The notes beneath the pieces were generated by a model that saw nothing but the letters and a program-made list of their open reading frames with translations, had not been told where the DNA came from and made no database searches. From NCBI GenBank assembly GCA_024699245.1, contig JAILPW010000047.1:9960-73959 (forward strand): DNA of 64,000 nt. Reading direction: 5' to 3'. Made by a program: the position numbers and the translations under genes. This document shows, piece after piece, positions 57,257-64,000 of this stretch (position 1 is its first letter; each line of letters starts with the position of its first letter). The DNA comes from Clostridia bacterium. Its GTDB lineage: Bacteria > Bacillota > Clostridia > Saccharofermentanales > Saccharofermentanaceae.

Positions 57257-57589
57257 ATGGATAACGAGAAAGATTTCGAGAAAGACGGAGTGTCTGAAGA
57301 ATTCTTGGACGATGATATGGATAATGTTGTTACATTGAAGGACGAAGAGACAGGCGAAGAGTTCGAATTCGCTTACATCGATAACTTTGATTTCAACAAC
57401 AAAAAGTACGCAGTTCTCCTCACAATGGATGAGGAAGATCCTGAGATGGTAATCTTCGAGGAGATCGAGGATGCTGACGGCGAGATCACTATCGCTTCTC
57501 TTGATGAGGCTGATGAGGATGCCGTTTACGACTATTACGATTCTCTCTGCGACGAGTATTTTGACGATGAAGACGAGTCAGAGGAGTAA
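57257..57589 (+). CDS. DUF1292 domain protein
   Basis: Acidic; VTLKDEETGEEFEF...KKYAVL; ireB-ruvX-DUF1292 synteny. Confidence 0.88.
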   Translation: MDNEKDFEKDGVSEEFLDDDMDNVVTLKDEETGEEFEFAYIDNFDFNNKKYAVLLTMDEEDPEMVIFEEIEDADGEITIASLDEADEDAVYDYYDSLCDEYFDDEDESEE

Positions 57590-58001
57590 CAGATTAAGAA
57601 GTCTGCTTAAGCCTGAGAAGACTGTTATAACGAAGAATCAGAACGCGAATGACGACCTGATCGTTATCCGTGATGCTTCGAACGGTAAGTATTATTACCT
57701 GTCTGTAGTCGATAACTTTTTCATGGATAAGCACGAATACGTCGTAATGTACAATTACGAGCCGGACGACGGAAATCACCGTAAGCCGGAGCTCGTTATC
57801 ATGCAGACAAAGTTCACTGACAAGGGTGAGCAGCTTTTCTATTCGATCAAGGACAGAACGGAGCTTAATGATGTGTTTGATGCTTTCATCAAGCGCTTCT
57901 ATGAATCCGGCAAGACCGGAAAGCAGCATACAAAGAGTTCCGTCTTGTTCTCGAATCCCGGCGAGGGCGAGTACTACATGGGATTCGATACACGTAAGTG
58001 A
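57567..58001 (+). CDS. Second DUF1292-like protein
   Basis: VVDNF.MDKHEYVVM...LFYSI.D..E...V...F pattern; start uncertain. Confidence 0.65.
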   Translation: MKTSQRSNRLRSLLKPEKTVITKNQNANDDLIVIRDASNGKYYYLSVVDNFFMDKHEYVVMYNYEPDDGNHRKPELVIMQTKFTDKGEQLFYSIKDRTELNDVFDAFIKRFYESGKTGKQHTKSSVLFSNPGEGEYYMGFDTRK

Positions 58002-58027
58002 TCAAATCTTGATTTTTGGAGTCAGCA

Positions 58028-58972
58028 ATGTCAGACAATAGATCCGAACAAAAGACGAGAGGAAAAGTAGGAGATTACATATTCCCGTGGGTATCCTCTT
58101 TTACAGCTCTGTCGATATTTATGGGCACACAGGTCGTTGTGATTGCTTTTATGGCTGTGACAAGGCTCGATTACTCCAAGTATCAGGGAGTTTATTCAAC
58201 ACTTTATTCGCTGGTATCTATCGGCGGTTTATTGTTCTTTGCATATTTCAGCAAATTCTTTTTTTCTGACCGTAATTCGGGGATCCACTTTTCCAAACCC
58301 AATCGTATGATTGTCTTTATCACCATCATCATAGCTTTGGGTCTTCTTGGAATGGTCAATGTCTATATGTTCGTGGCAAACACCATTGCCGATATGATGA
58401 AGGAAGGTGTTGTGGCCGAGGAGATGGCAAAATATTCCGAGTCGGTCGACAGATATTCCGATGTTGAAGCTGAAGTGGTTCCTATGGCTGATAAGCTCCT
58501 TTACTACATCTCAACGGTCCTTTTGGTCCCTCTGAGTGAGGAGCTTTTGTTCAGAGGTCTTACACTCGGCGCTTTCCTTAAGAGATATCCTGCATGGTTA
58601 AGTGTAACTATCTCTGCATTGATATTCGGAATATGTCACGGTCTATCAGTCCATATCGGATATGCTTTTTTGTCCGGTATCGTGATCGGATGTGTATATT
58701 GTTTTACGAGAAACATTTTCTATACATACATCATCCATCTGATATTTAATTTTTTCGGCGGTACGCTCGGAATGATACTGACGGACGGTTGGTTCGAAGT
58801 CTCAGAGAATATGAGATACAGGATCACCGGAACTCCTTATCTTGTCGAGATCCTCATGATAGTACCTTCTGTCATCCTTTTGATCGCACTGGGTATCAGA
58901 TTCCGCGCTGTGAAAAAGATGGGTGTCCAAAAAGCTGATCAGGAACAGTTACAGGAGATAACCGAGGAATGA
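58028..58972 (+). CDS. CPBP-family intramembrane metalloprotease
   Basis: PLSEELLFRG, FGICH, IIHLIFN motifs intact. Confidence 0.92.
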   Translation: MSDNRSEQKTRGKVGDYIFPWVSSFTALSIFMGTQVVVIAFMAVTRLDYSKYQGVYSTLYSLVSIGGLLFFAYFSKFFFSDRNSGIHFSKPNRMIVFITIIIALGLLGMVNVYMFVANTIADMMKEGVVAEEMAKYSESVDRYSDVEAEVVPMADKLLYYISTVLLVPLSEELLFRGLTLGAFLKRYPAWLSVTISALIFGICHGLSVHIGYAFLSGIVIGCVYCFTRNIFYTYIIHLIFNFFGGTLGMILTDGWFEVSENMRYRITGTPYLVEILMIVPSVILLIALGIRFRAVKKMGVQKADQEQLQEITEE

Positions 58973-61900
58973 GCATATACGGAAAGATGAGGCAGAAATA
59001 CGGACGATTCAGGAAGAGAAGGCTCTTTGTCTTCCTGACAGTCTTCGTCGTCATTCTTTTGGTATCTGTTTTTATCCTTTCGACTCTCGGTATCTTCGGT
59101 TCCAGAGCCGAGCTTTGCACCATTCGTGTTGAGAAGAATTCGCGTGCTGTTCAGTCTTTGACGGGAACAGGTATCAATTTGGATTATATTCCGCTTACCA
59201 ACTACATAGTTGACGGTTCCTTTGAATCTCATAACCAGTACAGCTCTTTTCATCTGATGGATGCTAAGGGCGATAAGATCCTCTTGGATCTGAATGATGT
59301 CTATAATTCTTCGCTTGATATCTCATCTTTGTCAGGATGTAATGTCAGGATCTATACCATCGATGAGAACGGTAATACGGTCCTTGGCGTAAGAGCAGGA
59401 GTTATCTCATATAGTCCTGCCAATTTCGCTTCATACGAGGAGATCGAAGACACCAACTGGAACTGGACACAGGATCAGATCGTGAAAGTTGTGGAATGTA
59501 ACAATGTTACATCCTGCATAACCACTGAAGGATGCCTTGTTTCAGATATTGACTCAATGGAGCTTTCCAAGAGAACAGAGTCGGAGATCTCTGCTTTTTC
59601 CGATATCTCCGCATCAGAAACCAGTGTTTTCGCCGTAACAAAGAGGGGAGAGATATTTTATTCCACTGACGGAAAATCCTTCTCGATCCTTACTGAATTT
59701 GATTCAAATGATCCGTATCATGCCGACCTTAGTACCGGAGCACTCGAGTGCACTCAGGTCGCTGCTCTTAAGAATGGCGCGATCGTACTTTTGAGTAACG
59801 GTAAAGTTGCTCTTTGCACATATAACGGCATCACTCTTCTCGAAAACATCGACTCCAAGGTTGCCAACGTGATCAACACAAAGGACCACGTATATCTGTT
59901 TATGGAGAACGGTGCAGTTTACAGATCCACAAACGGACTTGTTTTCGAGGAGATAAAAGAGGCTGAGGAGATCTTGAAGGGTAGAAACATCATTGCTTCT
60001 TCTGCATCCTCAAACGAAGTCGCAGTACTTCTTGACGGCGGTACGATCCTTCTTATAGACAGGGAAGGTCAGCAGGTCATCGAAGCCCAGGGCGATATCA
60101 AGGATATATGCGTTACCAATAACGGTGAGCTGATCGTTATTTCTTCAGCCGGTGAGGCTCAGCTCTTTATGGATACGGGATTCATAAGTCTTGATTATGA
60201 AGTTGACAGGATCTTTGACGGATACGAGAAGGAGCTTTTTGTCCTCCGTGGCAATTCGATCTACAAGACCTCGATCTGCTCGAGTATCCAGATAGATCAG
60301 GTAATAGCTGAAAATACTGTATTTGCTGGTGATGTCTGCTTCGTTGAAAAGCATATCCCTGCATGTTCATATTCGATCCCTTCCGAAGTCGAGAGCGGAG
60401 ACTACTGGGCATTATCAAGCGCATTCGATTCATGGGATGCATACGGAAGCGGAACTGCCGTTTCTTCGATCGACGGTGCCCCGAGCGGATACGGAGAAAA
60501 GTGTGCCCGCGTCCTGGGTATCACGGATAACCTGCATGTACTCTCACAGAAGATCGCCGATAACGGAAAAGATATATTTAATAAGAACGACTTTTTGAGG
60601 ATGGAACTGTGGCTTAAGCAGACCAATATAGATAACAAGACGGTAAAGATCTGGCTGTCATCCGAAGGCTGCAAGGATATCGGTTTTGTCGTTGATGACT
60701 GCAAGACTTCATTTGATGATTATCAGAATGTCTTTGTTGCTTCTGATGAGATGATCAACAGCAAAAACGAGATCAGGCTCAATATCGCTTTTGAAGGAAC
60801 CGGTGAACTTCTTATCGACGGAGTCTATCTCGGTCTTGATAAGTATTCTTCAACCGTTATACCGAATTCATTTTCGGAGGCGATAAGCACATCTGCTCCT
60901 AATGCCATCAGGCTCAATAACTTAAGGATCGGTTCTGACGGCGTAAGCTACAGTTCGCTTTTTACTTCATCAGTGAATTCCAACGCGTGCATTTTCGATG
61001 GGGAAGAAGGACCCAGAAACAGTTGTGCTTCTCTTGAGGATTCATTGAGGCTTGTTAAGGAGAGTAAGGCTTTCCCTTGGCTCGTACTCGGATCATCCGT
61101 GAGCTCGGACATGGTCGATGCTCTCCTTGAGTATATGTGCGGTTCGCTTTCTTCTCCTTACGGAAAGCTACGTATCGACAACGGAACTGCCGTGCCGTGG
61201 AGCAGACAGTTCAGCACTATGGTTATCGAGATCAACGATAACGACGGCATCCTTTCAAGTGATGTCCAGAGAAGTTCTTACGTTAATTACGTGATCGGCC
61301 TTATCAAGCAGTCCAATTATTACATGGATTTCAAGGACAACATCATTTTCGTCGACGGTATGAACTACGAAGGCGGCAACATGTTAAGTAACGCCGACTG
61401 CCATTGTTCGAGCTATGAGAGCGACGGCCTGCTTCCTGCTAATCTCACGTTTATCGATTACATCAACAGTGAGTATGTCGACATCAATTCCGCTACGCCG
61501 AGGATCAATTCCATGGGCGGAGATGCCGCAGAGTTCATTTCTTCCTTCGATACCTATTCCGCTTTCGACGGCAAGAATATGACGGCAGGCGAGAGCATCG
61601 TAACGCTTCTTTCCAATGAGTCGAATTTCGCGGGTCTTATCATGGTCGACATCGACTGCGACAGGAACATCAAGGATTTTGATTCGATCATCGCCGACAC
61701 GGATCAGACCATGCTCAACTGTCTTAATATAGTAAATGATCTTAAGTTCTCTCGAAAACTTACGGTCACCATCCAAAAGCCTCTGAAAGATCAGTCTGCC
61801 GAGACCATAGACAGCTTCAATTCAAACGTCGGTACGTATCTTTTCAAGACTGATAACGGATATATCCTCATAATCGCCAATGCTTCCGATACGCAGCAGC

Positions 61901-62061
61901 AGTTCCTCATAGACGCGGTGGATCTGCCTTTGAAGGGAAGTGAATACACCAGGTATTCGGCAACAGGCGAGGAGCTTCAGACACAGAAATTGTCCAACAG
62001 ACATCCGAGATATACGCTTCAGGCAGGCCAGGTAATGGTCGTCAAACTCGTGGATAAATGA
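58969..62061 (+). CDS. Large membrane-anchored GH51 (alpha-L-arabinofuranosidase)-like protein with a large insertion, probably non-catalytic
   Basis: N-terminal TM; LLEYMCG...YGKLRIDNG...PW...IEINDN resembles the GH51 barrel segment; C-terminal beta-sandwich. Confidence 0.6.
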   Translation: MSIYGKMRQKYGRFRKRRLFVFLTVFVVILLVSVFILSTLGIFGSRAELCTIRVEKNSRAVQSLTGTGINLDYIPLTNYIVDGSFESHNQYSSFHLMDAKGDKILLDLNDVYNSSLDISSLSGCNVRIYTIDENGNTVLGVRAGVISYSPANFASYEEIEDTNWNWTQDQIVKVVECNNVTSCITTEGCLVSDIDSMELSKRTESEISAFSDISASETSVFAVTKRGEIFYSTDGKSFSILTEFDSNDPYHADLSTGALECTQVAALKNGAIVLLSNGKVALCTYNGITLLENIDSKVANVINTKDHVYLFMENGAVYRSTNGLVFEEIKEAEEILKGRNIIASSASSNEVAVLLDGGTILLIDREGQQVIEAQGDIKDICVTNNGELIVISSAGEAQLFMDTGFISLDYEVDRIFDGYEKELFVLRGNSIYKTSICSSIQIDQVIAENTVFAGDVCFVEKHIPACSYSIPSEVESGDYWALSSAFDSWDAYGSGTAVSSIDGAPSGYGEKCARVLGITDNLHVLSQKIADNGKDIFNKNDFLRMELWLKQTNIDNKTVKIWLSSEGCKDIGFVVDDCKTSFDDYQNVFVASDEMINSKNEIRLNIAFEGTGELLIDGVYLGLDKYSSTVIPNSFSEAISTSAPNAIRLNNLRIGSDGVSYSSLFTSSVNSNACIFDGEEGPRNSCASLEDSLRLVKESKAFPWLVLGSSVSSDMVDALLEYMCGSLSSPYGKLRIDNGTAVPWSRQFSTMVIEINDNDGILSSDVQRSSYVNYVIGLIKQSNYYMDFKDNIIFVDGMNYEGGNMLSNADCHCSSYESDGLLPANLTFIDYINSEYVDINSATPRINSMGGDAAEFISSFDTYSAFDGKNMTAGESIVTLLSNESNFAGLIMVDIDCDRNIKDFDSIIADTDQTMLNCLNIVNDLKFSRKLTVTIQKPLKDQSAETIDSFNSNVGTYLFKTDNGYILIIANASDTQQQFLIDAVDLPLKGSEYTRYSATGEELQTQKLSNRHPRYTLQAGQVMVVKLVDK

Positions 62062-62066
62062 TTCTG

Positions 62067-62095
62067 TTGACTTTTCGAAAAATAACGTGTATAAA
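62067..62095 (+). promoter_or_regulatory. sigmaA promoter of the T-box leader
   Basis: TTGACT-17 bp-TATAAA. Confidence 0.75.
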
Positions 62096-62104
62096 CATTT
62101 TAAA

Positions 62105-62387
62105 CCGTTGATGAAGAGTGAGTAGATCTTGTTAATTCATTCTCAGAGAGTTGCGGATGGTGGAATCGCAACAGTGAACATAAGATCGAATGGACTTCAG
62201 AGGGCGACAGGAAATGCCTTATCGGCAGAGTATGGAAGACGTTAAGACCTTACGTTAATCGGTCAGCATATGATGGTATGCATAAGTGGACGAGACAATA
62301 GTCGAGTCAAGCCGGGTGGCACCGCAGGAATAGAATCTATCTCCTGTCCCAGCAGAAGAAAAAAGCTTGGGACAGGAGTTTTTGTTT
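62105..62387 (+). promoter_or_regulatory. T-box riboswitch, Trp specifier
   Basis: Stem I with AG box (CAGAGAG) and GGTGGAA loop; GAA-TGG specifier (62191-62193); GGGTGGCACCGC (62314-62325); terminator CTCCTGTCCCAGC...GCTTGGGACAGGAG-TTTTT. Confidence 0.93.
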
Positions 62388-62417
62388 GTCCCGAAAAAAT
62401 GAAAGGAGACACAAGTT

Positions 62418-63791
62418 ATGTCAAACAATGAAATCCCTTACAAGATCTATCTTGAGGAAAGCGAGATGCCGAAAGCTTGGTACAACATGAGGGCTGATAT
62501 GAAAAATAAGCCGGCTCCTCTTCTTAATCCGGGCACACTTCAGCCGATGACTGTTGAAGAACTGAGCGTAGTTTTCTGCGAGGAACTTGCTAAGCAGGAA
62601 CTCGATAACGATACAAAGTTCGTAGAGATCCCTGACGAGATCAAGAGCTTCTACAAGATGTATCGTCCGTCCCCTCTCGTAAGAGCTTATTGCCTTGAAG
62701 AGAAGCTCGGAACTCCTGCTCATATCTACTATAAATTCGAAGGCAACAACACAAGCGGAAGCCACAAGCTCAATTCCGCTATCGCTCAGGCTTACTACGC
62801 TAAGAAGCAGGGTCTTAAGGGTGTAACAACTGAGACCGGTGCAGGTCAGTGGGGTACAGCTCTTTCAATGGCTTGTTCTTACTTCGACCTTGACTGTAAG
62901 GTATACATGGTAAAGTGCTCCTACGAGCAGAAGCCTTTCAGACGCGAAGTTATGAGAACTTACGGTGCAAACGTTACTCCTTCTCCCTCCAACACAACAG
63001 AGGTAGGCAGAAAGATACTCGCTGAATATCCCGACACAAACGGCTCTCTGGGCTGTGCTATCTCCGAAGCCGTTGAAGCCGCAGTAAGCAGCGACGGCTA
63101 CAGATACGTTCTCGGCTCGGTACTCTCTCAGGTACTCCTTCACCAGTCGGTAATCGGTCTTGAATCAATGGCAGCTTGCGACAAGTACGGCATCAAGCCC
63201 GACATCATCATCGGCTGTGCAGGCGGCGGTTCAAATCTCGGCGGTCTTATCTCACCTTTCATGGGCAGAAAGCTCAGAGGCGAAGCAGACTACAGATTTA
63301 TCGCTGTTGAACCTGCTTCCTGTCCGTCACTCACAAGAGGTACCTACGCTTACGACTTCTGTGATACAGGTATGATCTGTCCTCTCCAGAAGATGTACAC
63401 CCTCGGCAGCACATTTATGCCCTCGCCCAGCCACGCAGGCGGTCTGAGATACCACGGTATGAGTGCTATCGTATCCGAGCTGTACGATCAGGGTCTTATC
63501 GAGGCAGTATCCGTTGAGCAGAGCTCCGTATTCGAGGCAGCTACACAGTTTGCACGTATCGAAGGTACGCTCCCCGCTCCCGAGAGCAGCCACGCTATCA
63601 GAGTTGCTATCGACGAAGCACTCAAGTGCAAGGAGACAGGCGAAGAAAAGACTATCCTCTTTGGTCTTACAGGTACAGGCTACTTCGATATGTACGCATA
63701 TCAGCAGTTCAACGACGGAACAATGTCCGACTATATCCCCACAGACGAGGAGATAATGAAGTCTATCGACAAGCTTCCCGATGTGAAATAA
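62418..63791 (+). CDS. trpB: TrpB-like PLP enzyme (TrpB2 type)
   Basis: YRPSPL.RA, SGSHKLNSA, TETGAGQWG, GGGSNLGG, HAGGLRYHG, PAPESSHA; 457 aa, TrpB2-sized. Confidence 0.93.
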   Translation: MSNNEIPYKIYLEESEMPKAWYNMRADMKNKPAPLLNPGTLQPMTVEELSVVFCEELAKQELDNDTKFVEIPDEIKSFYKMYRPSPLVRAYCLEEKLGTPAHIYYKFEGNNTSGSHKLNSAIAQAYYAKKQGLKGVTTETGAGQWGTALSMACSYFDLDCKVYMVKCSYEQKPFRREVMRTYGANVTPSPSNTTEVGRKILAEYPDTNGSLGCAISEAVEAAVSSDGYRYVLGSVLSQVLLHQSVIGLESMAACDKYGIKPDIIIGCAGGGSNLGGLISPFMGRKLRGEADYRFIAVEPASCPSLTRGTYAYDFCDTGMICPLQKMYTLGSTFMPSPSHAGGLRYHGMSAIVSELYDQGLIEAVSVEQSSVFEAATQFARIEGTLPAPESSHAIRVAIDEALKCKETGEEKTILFGLTGTGYFDMYAYQQFNDGTMSDYIPTDEEIMKSIDKLPDVK

Positions 63792-63799
63792 TTACAGAT

Positions 63800-63830
63800 A
63801 AGAAAGAGCCCGACTTGTTCGGGCTTTCTT
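63800..63830 (+). terminator. Intrinsic terminator after trpB2
   Basis: AAGAAAGAGCCCGA-cttgt-TCGGGCTTTCTT. Confidence 0.75.
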
Positions 63831-63976
63831 ATAATAGATGCCAAAATAATTTGACATCTATTATAAGAAAAAATTTAAATACCTCGCAGATGCGCTCACA
63901 TTTGTTCGCTCCCTGCGAATCGGCAAATAGCAAACGCCAAATATTTTGACGCTTGCTATATAGAGGAGAAAAATTT

Positions 63977-64000
63977 ATGATAAAAATTCAGATACCTGCT
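63977..64000 (+). CDS. Start of a CDS running off the window, possibly homoserine kinase
   Basis: RBS AGAGGAG then MIKIQIPA, resembling the ThrB N-terminus; only 8 codons visible. Confidence 0.5.

Overview
Mostly core chromosome of a Clostridia-class Firmicute (taxonomy inferred from gene content and order; no mobile element, CRISPR array or rRNA seen). It carries a folEPBK operon behind an AraC regulator, tmk-holB-ricT-ferredoxin-trmN6-rsmI, a PAS-GGDEF-EAL protein, hpf, a TetR-SDR-acyltransferase-MFS cluster, rpsU-recJ-rel, a heterodimeric ABC exporter, trxB, glgP, ligA, hup, a two-component system, dinB, four tRNAs, a P-type ATPase, secG-rnr, mtaB-ireB-ruvX-DUF1292, a 1030-aa GH51-like protein and a Trp T-box controlling a stand-alone trpB2. 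The most striking unexplained element is a stand-alone ~440-nt non-coding transcription unit (47646-48085). It has its own sigmaA-like promoter, paired 5'/3' ends, many long-range helices and an intrinsic terminator, and lacks RNase P, tmRNA and intron hallmarks: a candidate large ornate ncRNA. A second, ~180-nt sRNA candidate follows glgP. All protein calls are from motif recognition by eye; no database searches or folding programs were run.
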